Shown one piece after another: positions 27,001 through 38,539 of a DNA stretch of 64,000 nucleotides; position 1 is the first letter of the stretch; every line of letters begins with the position of its first letter. The stretch is from assembly GCA_036172245.1 (NCBI GenBank), contig JAYWIR010000027.1, forward strand, positions 1 to 64,000. The letters are read 5' to 3'. The position numbers and the translations under genes are program-made. The notes under the pieces were generated by a model. That model worked only from the letters and a program-made list of their open reading frames with translations, was not told where the DNA came from and searched no databases. Origin of the DNA: Raillietiella orientalis. Lineage: Eukaryota.

Positions 27001-29615
27001 TCTTGGATGGCTGGAGGATGATTCTTCAATTCGGTATATTACCTAGGATTCAATGAAAAAATTCTTGTATCTGCAAATCCCTTTACCTTCAGTATCCTGG
27101 GATCTTCTGTCCTTGCGGTTCATCTTTCTCAATGGGCAGTACACGACACTCACAGTAGATCCCCCCTTACGAATCGCTAATCCGTACGACCCGACGACGA
27201 GAAAAGCAATTGAACTTACCTTGGAATCCCCGTTCCTCTTCACGGAATCCCTCTACATCTTCCCAAATGGTCCCCGATGTCCACGTCTGGGATGGGTGGA
27301 AGGGTACACTTGAATTCGGCAGCATCACCTAAGATTCAATAAACAATTTCTTGTATCTGCAAATCCCTTTACCTTCAGTTTCCAGGTATCCTATGTCCTT
27401 GCAGTTCATCTTTCTCAATGGGCAGTGCACGACACTCACAGTAGATCCCCCCTTACGAATCGCAATTCCGTCCGACCCGACGACGAGAAAAGCAATTGAA
27501 CTTACCTTGGAATCCCCGTTCCTCTTCACGGAATCCCTCTACATCTTCCCAAATGGTCCCCGATGTCCACGTCTGGGATGGGTGGAAGGGGACACTTGAA
27601 TTCGGCAGCATCACCTAGGATTCAATAAACAATTTCTTGCATCTGCAAATCCCTTTACCTTCAGTTTCCAGGTATCCTCTGTCCTTGCAGTTCATCTTTC
27701 TCAATGGGCAATACACGACACCCACTTTAGATCCCTCCTTGGGAATCGCAAATCCGTCCGACCCGACGACGAGAAAAGCAATTGAACTTACCTTGGAATC
27801 CCCGTTCCTCTTCAAGGGATACCTAGGCGCCTTCCCAAATGGTCCCCGATGTCCACGTCTAGGATGGGTGGAAGGGGACTCTTCAAATCGGCAGCATCAC
27901 CTAGGATTCAATAAAATAATTCTTGTATCTGCAAATCCCTTCACCTTCAGTATTGAGGGATCCTCTGTCCTTGCATTTCATCTTTGTCCGTGTGCAGCAC
28001 ACGACACTCACACTAGTTCCCCCTTCACGAATCGCAAATCCGTTCGACCCGACGACGAGAAAAGCAATTGAACTTACCTTGGAATCCCCTTTCCTTTTCA
28101 CGGAATCCCTCTGCAACTTCCCAAATGGTCCCCGATGTCCACGTCTGGTATAGGAGGAAGACGATTCCTGAATTCGGCAGCATAACCTCGAATCAATGAA
28201 ATACTTCTTGTTTCTACAAATCCCTTTACCTTCGGTTTCCAAGGATCCTCTATCCTCGCATATCTTCTGTCTCCATGGGAAGTGCACCACACTTACAGTA
28301 GATCCCCCCTTACGAATCGAAAATCCGTCCGACCCGACGACGAGAAAAGCAATGGAACTTACCTTGGAATCCCCGTTATTCTTCACGGAATCCCTCTGCG
28401 TCTTCCCAAATGGTCCCCGATGTCCACGTAAAGGATGGGTGGAAGGGGACTCTTGAATTCGGCAGCATCACCTATGATTCAATAAAATACTTCTTGTTTC
28501 TACAAATCCCTTTACCTTCGGGTTCCAAGGATCCTCTATCCTCGCATATCTTCTGTCTCCATGGGCAGTGCACGACACTCACAGTAGATCCCCCCTTACG
28601 AATCGCAAATGCGTCCGACCCGACGACGAGAAAAGCAATTGAACTTACCTTGGAATCCCCGTTATTCTTCACGGAATCCCTCTGCGTCTTCCCAAATGGT
28701 CCCCCATGTCCACGTCTAGGATGGGTGGAAGGGGACACTTGAACTCGGCAGCATCACCTAGGATTCAATAAAATACTTCTTGTTTCTACAAATCCCTTTA
28801 CCTTCGGTTTCCAAGGATCCTCTATCCTCGCATATCTTCTGTCTCCATGGGCAGTGCACGACACTCACAGTAGATCCCTCTTACGAATCGCAAATCCGTC
28901 CGACCCGACGACGAGAAAAGCAATTGAACTTACCTTGGAATCCCCGTTCTTCTTCACGGAATCCCTCTGCGTCTTCCCAAATGGTCCCCGATGTCCACGT
29001 CTAGGATGGGTGGAAGGGGACACTTGAATTCGGCAGCATCACCTAGGATTCAATAAAATACTTCTTGTTTCTACAAATCCCTTTACCTTCGGTTTCCAAG
29101 GATCCTCTATCCTCGCATATCTTCTGTCTCCATGGGCAGTGCACGACACTCCCTCTAGATCCCCCTTTACGAATCGCAAATCCGTCCGACCCGATGACGA
29201 GAAAAGCAATTGAACTTACCTTGGAATCCCCGTTTTTCTTCACGGAATCCCTCTGCGTCTTCCCAAATGGTCCCCGATGTCCACGTCTAGGATGGGTGGA
29301 AGGGGACTCTTGAATTCGGCAGCATCACCTAGGATTCAATAAACAAATTCTTGTATCTGCAAATCCCTTCACCTTCAGTATCGAGGGATCCTCTGTCCTT
29401 GCAGTTCGTCTTTCTCAAAGGACAGTACAAGACACTCACATTAGTTCCCCCTTTAGGAATCGCAAATCCGTTCGACCCGACGACGAGAAAAGCTATGGAA
29501 CTTACCTTGGAATCCACGTTCCTCTTCACGGAATACCTCTGCGGCTTTCCAAATGCTCCCCGATGTCCATATCTGGGATTGGAGGAAGGGGATTCCTGAA
29601 TTCGGCAGCATAACT
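1..29615. repeat. Tandem satellite DNA array, 286-bp monomer, about 104 copies, continuing past the left edge of the window
   Basis: The motif GAATTCGGCAGCATCACCTAGGATTCAAT recurs every 285-287 bp (CCTAGG at ~248, 819, 3391, 3677, 3963 ... 29328). ORF-track starts step by 286 (3700, 3986, 4272; 9418, 9704, 9990, 10276). Monomers fall into several variant classes. Confidence 0.99.
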
Positions 29616-30490
29616 AGGATTGAATTCTAGAATTGCTATATATTGGAATCCTTTTACCTTCGGTTCCCAGGGATTTTCATTCCTTGCAGTTTATCTTTCT
29701 CCATGGTGTGTACACGAGACTCTCATTAGATGCCCCCGTCTGAATTTCACATCCTTCCGACTCGACGACGAGAAAAGCAATTGCGCTCACCTTGAATGCT
29801 ACGTTTTCCTTCTTGGGATCGCTTGGTTTTTTCTCAAATGTTTCCCGTTGTCCACGTGTGTAATCAGAGGAGGAGGATTCCTTTGTACGGCAGGATATTC
29901 TAGAACTTTATATTAGAATTCTTGAATCTTTCATTCGTTTTTCTTGCGGTTCTCGAAAATCCTCCATCATGGCCGTTCGTTCTTCCTCTTCGTGGTCACA
30001 CTGCATTCTCTTTTCTGCCTCTATATGGTAGAGCAGTCTTCTTCGACACGACAACCTGAAATGCAAAGGCAGTCACAGAAGAATTTACGTTCTTCTTCTG
30101 GGTATCCGTCAGCGTCATCTCAAATGTTCTCGGGCGTCTCCGTCTTTGAGCAGAAGAAGAGGAATCTGGGTCCGGCTGGATGACCTAGAATTGAACATTT
30201 TAATTCTTGTACCTTCAATTCGTTTTGTTTGCGGTTTTTGTTCTTACTGTATGATTGCCGTTCATCCTTCGTGATCGTTATCTCGCTACAGTTGCTTTCC
30301 TCCTCAACGAATTGTTCTCCTCCTCGCTGGTGCCGAGGACATAAAAAGGGAAATTCTCTTACCGATGAATCCATCTTCTTCTTCGTTGGATGCCTTTCTA
30401 TGCTCGTTCCTTCTTTCGGAAGTCGCCGATGGAGTTTGCGTGTTCATGGGATAGGTTGTTTGTATCTAAAATGTGAGTGGGAGGGTGGAA
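29616..30490. repeat. Progressively degenerate relic monomers at the satellite edge (about 3 units)
   Basis: Monomer landmarks persist with rising divergence: ttaccttcggttcccagg (29654), cgacgacgagaaaagcaattg (29763), cctagaattgaa (30184), cgaggacataaaaaggg...cttaccgatgaatcc (30334-30373), tctaaaatgtgagtgggaggg (30465). Confidence 0.8.
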
Positions 30491-33024
30491 TGGATCATTA
30501 GAAATTTACTGACTTTTTCGTTTTTTTCTTGGAATGTCCTCTCTGGACGGGGTCCTCGTTTCTTCATCTTTCCGAATGTCCTTTTGTTCCGTGTGTTTGT
30601 AGCAAGCCAGTCCTCACTTTCTTTCTGCTTCTTCGGATTTTGGCAATCGTGGACGACAGAGGGGAGGTGGACGCGGAAGAATTTTTGCGCAAGGGTTCGG
30701 ACTTTGGTCTGGTTACCAGTTTGGCCGCTGCTCTTTTTTCTCGTGGGTTCCGTGGAAGGGGGCTTTGGCTCCGTGGTTCGCAAAGGTCACCCTCGAGTTC
30801 TAATTGTGATAGCGATTGTTTATATTTTATTTTTCTTTTTTCCCCTCCTCCTTACTTTTCCCCCTTTTCCGTGTGGAACCATAATTTTGATGTGAACTGA
30901 TGTTGGCGTTTTTTGTTTGCGGTGTCTCTGTTTTGCTGTCTGTCTTTTTGTGGTTGCTGAGCGCTATTCATAAGTGAGTCGCTTACGTACGTTGGGATCT
31001 CAACAGCTTCGAAGTCGGTGGCATTCACTATTCTCTGAGGTTCTACATTGGTACTTACGCACTTAGGTACCTCAGTGGGTTGCTTCGTGGAAGACAGATT
31101 TTCGGGAATTTGGAGCGGATTGTAATTTTTGCTGGAAGGTTGTTTGTTGTTGTTCCTCTTTTCTTCCAGATGAAGCTCCTCTTCTTCCTGCTTTAAATGC
31201 TGAAGGGGAAAGTTGCTGTTGTGTTTTCTTGCTCGCGTTTCGTTATCTTTCCCCGCTTTTCATATTTCATAAGTCCCTCTGTTTTACTAGCGAATCTCTT
31301 TTGAAGCCATTACCGGCGGTGTTGCACTCTGGATGTGAATTCTTCTGCTTTTTTCAAAGCGCAAAACTCTAACATTTCATCTTTCCTTTTGGTGCAGCTT
31401 GATTTAAACTGAAACCTAACCTGCGCTTATCTAACCTCTTCTGATCTTTGATTATTTTACCATGTTGTCCTTCTGCGTGCGAGGCTGTCCCGATCTATAC
31501 GCACCCGTACATTGTGATGTTTAGGTCCCTTCCTGGGGTCTTCACCCTCTTTTAGTTTCGCGAATGTCCACCTTTTTCTATGATCTCCTTGCTTCGCACA
31601 TTTCCAGTCTCTCCCTGACTTCCTGGAGAACAAGTTGCCCGCTGGTCTGCTGACTTCTTACCCCGATTTCGCGTTCACACCTCCGCGACTCCGCTCCCGT
31701 GTGTTCGGCGTCCATCTTTCCAGGACGTTGCCTTCGGCGTTGAGCCATCAGGAGTTCCATACTTGTATTTTCGACGTACCCCTTTGGGTTTCCATGTGCA
31801 TCCTTCGGCTTTGAAACCGCACATCTGCTGCCTCCTTGGAATGAGTGGAAGTCTTACTTCTTCCAGGGGCCTTTTGGTGTTTGTATTGTGCACGTTGAAT
31901 TCTGGAAACTCACCCGATGTGTCCTTTGATTTCTCGGTAATTTTATTTCCCCTTTTTGTCATCAGTTTTTTAGATTACTGCATTCCCATCTTCGAGTGGC
32001 ACATTCACCCATGCCCGACTGTCTCTCCGCCCCTGAATTCATTTGGCGTCCGATTTGAGTTAGAAAGTCGTACCTTGAGATATTCGCAGTTCAAATGTGT
32101 GCGTTCCAAGGTCCAGTAACTCCCTCCTCTTTATGTCCCGGAGTGCCGAATTTTTCCATCTCATGTCCCGCGTTCCCATTCGCAATGTTCTTATTCGTGT
32201 GTTTCTCTATGGAATCCCTGAATGCCGCCCAAGTTCGCATTTCGCAAATGGAATATCTGAATTTTTGCGTTTTCTTACAAATTTCCGCTCCCCCGAAGAC
32301 GCTCTTTGGTGCTCGTTCCAGGTGTCCTACGGAGGAACGTCTTTTCCGTTCGAACGTTTCCTTTTGCGATTCATTCTGCTTCTCTCTTCATTAGCGTTTT
32401 TACGATTGAATCTCAAAGTTCTCACCTGCATCTTCTTACAAACGAATTCGAACCCCCCGTTCGCGTTGGTGGACTAAATTGCTCGATTCCCTTCTTCCTT
32501 TCCTTTTTGGGCCCACTTATTCCTCAAGCATGCAACCTCGCGCGATGTCTTTTGCGCTCAAAGAGTTGAGCCGCGGAAATGCAATTGCTTGCTTCCGTGT
32601 GACCACTGTCGAAAGTGGACAGCCTGGGGCAAGAGGACCTTAGTTCGGTTTTCGGATCCAAATCTGCTCGCTGCGCCTCGAATTTCCTGAGCTAACCGTT
32701 TCACCAATGCATTCCCTCCTTTTGAGTTCGCGCCTCATCCAGATGCAATTCCTGGTCTGCTTCTGCATCCCCACTTGGATAGTTCCCTCGATTTCTATGT
32801 TCAGCTCAGCAGTTCTAAATATTTGCCATTTCTCTTTGCTGGCAAGCAGTCTTCTAAATTCCATCCTTCGTATGCTTTTGGTACTGCACCTTCGTTCGAA
32901 CTGATTGGAAATTCTTCATTGTTGTAGCAGGTGAAAATTTTTCCGAGATCGGATGATGCGTTGCTAGGTTTCCTTTCTTTGTTCTGCCGTTCTTGTCTTG
33001 CTGTTCCTTTTTTCCAAGTCTTCG

Positions 33025-33185
33025 ATCATCATTATTATTATTAGCATTATATTATCGCAATTACTATCGATGTTACGATTATTATTGCCGCTGTGGTACT
33101 TGCCGTTATTATTATTATGATTCTCATTATTGGAATCACCGTTATGATCATTACTGCCGTTATTATCGTTATGATTGCTGCTGAA
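33025..33185. repeat. Degenerate (ATT/AAT)n low-complexity tract
   Basis: Runs of attattatt, gttattatt and atcatt; the minus strand reads as an Asn-rich peptide. Confidence 0.75.
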
Positions 33186-33232
33186 TTCACTTGAGATGCG
33201 CGACAAAGCGCGTTTTGCTTACCACTCGGAGC

Positions 33233-34540
33233 TTACCTCTTTCGAGTAGCTGTAGTCGTCCTTGCAAGAGGGATGCGCTGCATCTTCTTACGGGAAGATC
33301 GCGTTGCCTGACGATGACCACGCAAATCGAGCTGTTCGGCGTTCGTTCTGTTTTGTTTGCTTCCCAAGGACCGTTGATGATTTGTTGCTTGCCATGCGGG
33401 GAGAGCTTGTCCTTCTGGTTTGAGCTCACGTCCTCCTGTTGGCAACAATTGGAGCTTTGGAACATCTTCAAGAATCCTCTGCGAACGTGTCCGCCTCGGC
33501 GGGACATGTGCGTCAGGGAACCCTCGTGGATCCTCAGGTGTCGAAGGTTCCATCGACATGGGAGGAATCTTCTTCAATGAAGCATTTGCAAATCACTCGT
33601 TTTTTCCTGTCTTATTTGCTTGTGGCACTCTTGCGTTTCTGAATGTTTCCGTTTGTTTTTAAGAGGCACGGTGGGCTCATATGGGGTCTAACGCTTTCAC
33701 AAAAATTGTATTTTGAAGATGGACCATTATTTGGGAGAAGTGGAGATTTTGTTCTCTGTGTAGGAGATATTCGCTTCCAATTCTTTTTTGCACTCAAAGT
33801 ATCCCAAATGGGCATTATGAAACGCCCCTCGCTGGTTGAGGAATCATAACTGACAAACGATAGGAGCATTCGGAGAAAGCTGACGATTCGGAGAATTAGA
33901 AAAGGAAGCATCCTCCAAAGAGACTTGAAAAATGCATGCGATGATCATGATGATGTGTAAAGGAATGCATCAGGAAGTAGGAAAGGAAATTTTCGGGAAT
34001 GATAAATACTGTGGTCAAATGAAAACGCGTAATCTTCCTGAGCTCTTCCAAGTTCTTTTCTAAAGGAAAGAGAGATCGTGCTCTCTTGAGTAGCAACATA
34101 AGGCTTTTGGTGGGATTGCAGCCACACCAACTGAGCAGTTTCATTATATTCTGAAAAAAATCACTGCTTGCGTTCGCCTTTGCATCTTGTACTGATTCTG
34201 TCGGAGATGGTTTGCCGAGTGGAAAGAAACGGTGCTTCCCTTAATGATCTCCAGTCCGTGTGACGTGTTGGCCGTAACTAGCTGCTTAAAGGAATCTTGC
34301 AAACTGATGTCCGGGAAAGAAAACACAGAATGCGTGTATGCAATTAGTGTAGAAGCCATAAGAAGATTTCGTGCACGGGTCTCAAGGTCGCATTCTGCAA
34401 GAGCTCGTAACATTGCAGTTAGCATGACCGAAAAGAAAACGGGATCATCGATGGAAGATGAGGCTTTTACAGTGGTATTCTTGATAAAGGTGTTAGCCTG
34501 GAAAATTCCTAGAATGAATTCTGCTACTAAACGGGCTCCG
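33233..34540 (-). mobile_element. Degenerate L1/Tx1-like non-LTR retrotransposon ORF2 fragment (post-RT region towards zinc knuckle)
   Basis: Minus-strand peptides in the expected order: ILGIF; ALAECDLETRARNLLMASTLIAYTHSVFSFP (cf. W-R-LS-GR...LWY-SV-P); KLLSWCGCNP...LKRARSLFPLEK (cf. FLW-G...R--L-LPK); KLQLLPTGGREL...LPAW (cf. zf-RVT). Frameshifted; recognised by eye only. Confidence 0.5.
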
Positions 34541-35776
34541 AAGTTGCCTGTTCACTCTGTGGAAACGAAACGGTTGCAAGAAGAGTCCACGTCGAAGATG
34601 GAGTCACAGCTCCGGGTTGGCTTACTGGCCGCGTACTGGATGAGACTTTCGTACTTGCCCGCTAAATGCTGAGTGGCGCGGTTGGGATGGGCCTCCGGCA
34701 CCGCGAATCTCTCACTCCCCAGCATTGCCGTCGCCACCTCACCTTTCTTCCCTGCCGCTCGGCGTCTTCCAGAGTGCGCTCGGGACGCTGCCCTGAAGAG
34801 AAGGCCGGGCGCAGCAGCGTCTGCTCTTTCGCCCGGTCACGCCGGAGCGTTTCTTCTGAGAATTACAAATTTCATCGATGCATCCTTCCGTCTTCCTGTA
34901 GTGGCAGCAAGGTGCAACTGCTTCCGGGTGTTTCGCGGGAGGAGTTGTCTGCTAGGAGCAGTCGCCTGGAGAATCGCAGGGAAATCATGAGGAAGGAAGA
35001 TGAACAAAAAATAAACAAAAAAAGTACTTTAATGTTTGGGTGTGAGGGAAGGGAGAGGATCACGGTTTGTCCCCTCGTGGGCCCTGCACCTTCTCAAACA
35101 TGCCGCTCAAGTCCCTCCTGGTTGCGTCTCTGGTGCGGACATCGCACCGGAATCCTCAGGAACGAAAACTCGAAGGATGTGACTTCTCTGTTATTTTAGC
35201 GGGACTTCGAGACGTCGTGGTTCCGCGGACGCAGCTATAAAAATTTCGATCGCCGCGCAGGTGACATCCCACCACACCCGAAGAGAGGCATCCGAAAGGT
35301 TTTCCTCCAGGCAGCTCAGGGACGCGGTGCAGCATCCCGACGCACTCCAGAAGTTGGTGCGGTAGGGTTTCCCTTTTGCCCCACCTGTCACACTCTGGGC
35401 TGCACCTCCCCTGGTCCAGCGGTGGAGGCGAGCGTCGCACGGAATGTCCCGATGCTGTCACTTCGAGGGAAGCACGGAGCTGTCGCAGAACACCACGGGG
35501 ATCCCACATGTTGCAGCGTTACGAGATTCGTCCAGCGGAGAAGCCCTTTGGGGAAGTTGGTGGGGGCTGGAATGGCAGCCATATGATGTAGCACGGCGAG
35601 TTTAATTGGAGAAAATTAGGGAAGTAAGTAAGGAATAGAATGTGTGGGGAGAATGGATTGCGCAAAGAATGTTACGATGAGCACTGGAAAGCAGTTTGGC
35701 CCAGAGAGTATGCGAAGCACCGGGAACCCGACGACTTGCGGGTCATGAAGAGAGGAAAGCGGCTGAAACAGAAGTC

Positions 35777-36153
35777 TCAAATCAGGGAAGCGGATTTCGG
35801 AGAAGGTGCCACGCGGGCCGAGTGACTCGGCATGGTTGATCGCGTTGCAGCAGTAGAATGCGTAGAGGATCGAGGGAGAGCTTGGTCACCATGCCTTGGC
35901 CGATAGGACAGCCACTGAAGCAGGAGTGCAGCTTTGATAGCGTGAAAAAAAAAAACAGTATGTGATGCTACAAAAGATGAAGGCAAGCGTCTTCGTAGGC
36001 AGTTTCGGTGAGAATGTCTTCGCAGACAGCGAGTGAACAGGTGCGAAGGATTCGTGCTGCAAGAGTGAACCGACCTCTCAGAGAGGCACCTGAGAAAGGG
36101 GAAAAAAAGCAGAAAGAGTGTGCTTCTTTAGCGCAAAGGCTTGCATAGTTCAA
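35777..36153 (-). mobile_element. Degenerate L1/Tx1-like ORF2 post-RT fragment
   Basis: GASLRGRFTLAARIL (ORF 35968..36153) is followed by LQWLSYRPRHGDQALP (ORF 35777..35986). These resemble the LS-GR-L and P-GGL-LP motifs. Confidence 0.55.
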
Positions 36154-36719
36154 GAGGCACAGAAACTAATGGTTCTCCCGAGACAAGCAGCATGGATGGA
36201 GGAAGCTGCACGCATTCGTACTTTGGACCTCGAAACAAACCATCGACGTGAAGAAGTGATGGTGGGTTCCGCCACACAGCATTTCCGCGGAATGCTGCTT
36301 GTATTGCGCAGCGCAACTTCTCGTTGCCAGAACTGACTTGGTTGGCGGTGGGTGAAGCTGAAACGATTGGAGAGAATGATCTCGGAGGATCTCTCGTAGA
36401 TGCCGTGAAATTAAAGAAAGGCAGCTTTCTTCTACAGAGAGAGGGAGGAGGCTTGCTGGCAAGCAAGGAGGGGTGACGATGCCTGCTGCAAGAGGGCACT
36501 CATCGCGTGGAAGCAAGGAAGCTTTAGTGGTTGTTTTCACGGGAGACGAGCATCGCTGTTCGAGCAAGAAGGCGGGATCGAACAGGATGGAGATGCCACG
36601 TGTACCAAAGGTCTCTACTCTTGCTTTACAAGCGGAGCATTCAAGCTGAAGATCGTTCGGCGAATCGAGAGCCCCCACGTCGGATGTTGGCAACGCTGAT
36701 TCTGGGAACTTGCCACTTT

Positions 36720-37200
36720 TCAGAGAGTAATCTCGCGGAGTTGCTCGGCACCGTTTCTCCGCAATGAACACATCGGAATTCTCGGAAACCAAATAGCAGA
36801 TATTTCAGCCAGGCTTGGTAGCTCGCTGACTCGAGGACCGGCATGTGCTGGGATTTCGAAACGAGAGTTCTGGAAACTCATTCCTGCGCTTCTTGCGCCA
36901 GGTGGCTTCGGAGAAGGTGAGCGTGGAAGAAGAGCCTTCTTGCAACCGACCATCCTACACAAACATCCCGACGTGATCGGGCAGGTCGTATTCGAGGCAG
37001 CGGTCGGACTCCTGGTTTGGAACTCCGGTGCGTCTTGCGCGCTGCATCACCGCGCACGGGAGTGCTCGGTCACTTCCCATGGCAAGCTCCTCGCGAGCGA
37101 CCTTGAGCATTCCCTTCATGGAAAGGTACCTCCGGAACTCACGTTCCATCGGCAGCTGCTCGAGAGGAGAGATGAGCTTTGGGGCACAGCTGACTCTTCT
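36720..37200 (-). mobile_element. Degenerate L1/Tx1-like ORF2 post-RT fragment
   Basis: RRYLSMKGMLKVAREEL (ORF 36955..37440), then VGCKKALLPRSPSPKPPGARSAGM (ORF 36720..36962). Confidence 0.45.
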
Positions 37201-37499
37201 GGAGCCGAACTGACTTTCTGAATATGCGGGTCGAAGAGCGGTGCTCGGCGGAGCAGCGGCGACTCTCGAGTGCTTCGGGACCCTCACCCGAGGTCGCCAG
37301 GCTCTTCCGGAGAGATGCAGCGAAGCAAGGGAGAGTATTGCTGACAAAGGGAATGATGGCTCGGTATTTGACTTCGGCGGACAGGCTTGGGATAAGAAAG
37401 CTGTATCAGGAACGTCATCGGGGGGCGGGGATGCGACCAAGTTCGAGCTTGGCGGGCGACGCTACAGCGTAGCTCGTTGCCCCGTAGACGGCGGCAGGA

Positions 37500-37790
37500 C
37501 CGTGCGCGCACGCGCAGAACAAGGGCCCCGCCATTGGCTAATCATCCTCCAGGATCGGTTGTCACGGAAACCTCTTTGCAAGAGAATTCGGCAAGAGAGT
37601 GTCCGAGCGGACGCGTTGTACTCGCGTTGCTGAGAAACCCGAGCGATAACGTAAAAAGAAATTTATTTTCTTTTCGCGATGCCTGGGACGGGCGTCCCTT
37701 GGCTTTTGAATGTTCATTCTTGTGGGGACGGGCGTCCCCCGATCTCGTTAGCTTGTCGTCCGGGCCGCGGGGACGGGCGTCCCCCGGATA
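37500..37790. promoter_or_regulatory. Candidate promoter-like module (CCAAT box, GCGC-rich motif, three GGGACGGGCGTCCC palindromes)
   Basis: gtgcgcgcacgcgca at 37502, ATTGG/CCAAT at ~37533, palindromes at 37685, 37724 and 37769, CpG-rich context. Function and orientation are inferred. Confidence 0.3.
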
Positions 37791-38340
37791 CCGGATGACT
37801 CGCGCTTTTCGGAGACCACGTCCTCGAGGGCAGACAGCAGCTATACGAGAAGAAGACGAGGAACCGGACCAGGCGTCGCAGCAGTACCGGATGAGGACGC
37901 GTCAGCGTGAATCGTTCGGGAAATTGGGAATGTGTGTGCGGAGGGGGACGTTTCAGGAGCGGCGACGGTGGAACCAAGGTCGACGGAAGGCACGGTCAGC
38001 GGCAGCGCAAGAACGTACGGACGGTGTGTCAGCGCAGCACCCCGCAACCCGTTAGTGCTAGGAGAAAGTGCCGCAGCCGGACCATCGACCTGGAGGTAAG
38101 CCAAACACACGGAGATGCGTCGACGACACGATGATCAGGAAGATCACACGGAGAAGAGGCGACCATGCAATGATCCGATATCGTCACGAAGATCAGCCGA
38201 TGCTACCGAGATGAGCCAGCGACACGGAGATCAGTTGACGTCACGATGATCAGCCAAAGACAACAAGATGAGGCGGAGACCTGATCGAACATGCATCAGC
38301 GACACGACGATCGTCCATCGGCACGGTGATGAGCCGGAGA
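37500..38340. repeat. Dispersed direct repeat, copy 1 (near-identical to 59460-60300)
   Basis: Line-by-line match at offset 21,960. I noticed only two substitutions between 37500 and 38329 (38048/60008 and 38184/60144). ORFs 37714..37977 and 59674..59937 translate identically. Confidence 0.97.
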
Positions 38341-38420
38341 CACGATGATTTCTCAACGACCGGGCACTGAGAATAAATGATGTATACTAATGGAGCGACG
38401 ACGCGGTGATCAGCCTACCC
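38105..38420. repeat. Degenerate ~19-bp minisatellite (consensus ~ACACGRWGATSAGCCRACG)
   Basis: Units such as acacggagatgcgtcgacg, acacggagatcagttgacg, tcacgatgatcagccaaag and gcacggtgatgagccggag. Confidence 0.8.
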
Positions 38421-38539
38421 CACGCCGGTCAGGCAAGGACACGGCGATGTAGCGTAGACACAGAAATGACCCCATACGATGTTGAGCCAACGACACGGTT
38501 ACGAGTCGACAATCTGCCTGACCAATACAATTTTGTAGT

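Noticed and set aside
1..29615. CRISPR array
   Set aside because: Whole 286-bp units are repeated with no unique spacers, no cas genes are present, and the context is eukaryotic.
1..29615. Satellite-embedded hammerhead ribozyme
   Set aside because: I found no CUGAnGA...GAAA core on either strand of the monomer. CTGATGA hits elsewhere (42543, 43747, 45289) lack stem II and GAAA. A covariance search was not possible.
255..29916. About 200 similar 60-220 aa ORFs as a tandem gene family
   Set aside because: They are translations of the 286-bp monomer on both strands. Most start at TTG/GTG, the unit length is not a multiple of 3, stops occur freely in many copies, and no known domain is evident.
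31578..32904. Coiled-coil-like or further retroelement peptides on the minus strand
   Set aside because: Short, stop-interrupted and without a motif I can name; left unannotated.
32964..33206. Asn-rich 80-aa ORF
   Set aside because: Explained by the degenerate AAT microsatellite.
37685..37784. Mini-CRISPR made of three palindromes
   Set aside because: The repeats are only 14-16 bp with three copies and no cas genes, in a eukaryote; kept as a possible regulatory motif instead.
37477..38055. 192-aa and 198-aa Arg-rich ORFs in the duplicated block
   Set aside because: No recognisable domain; open frames are expected in GC-rich DNA, and their similarity just reflects the DNA duplication.
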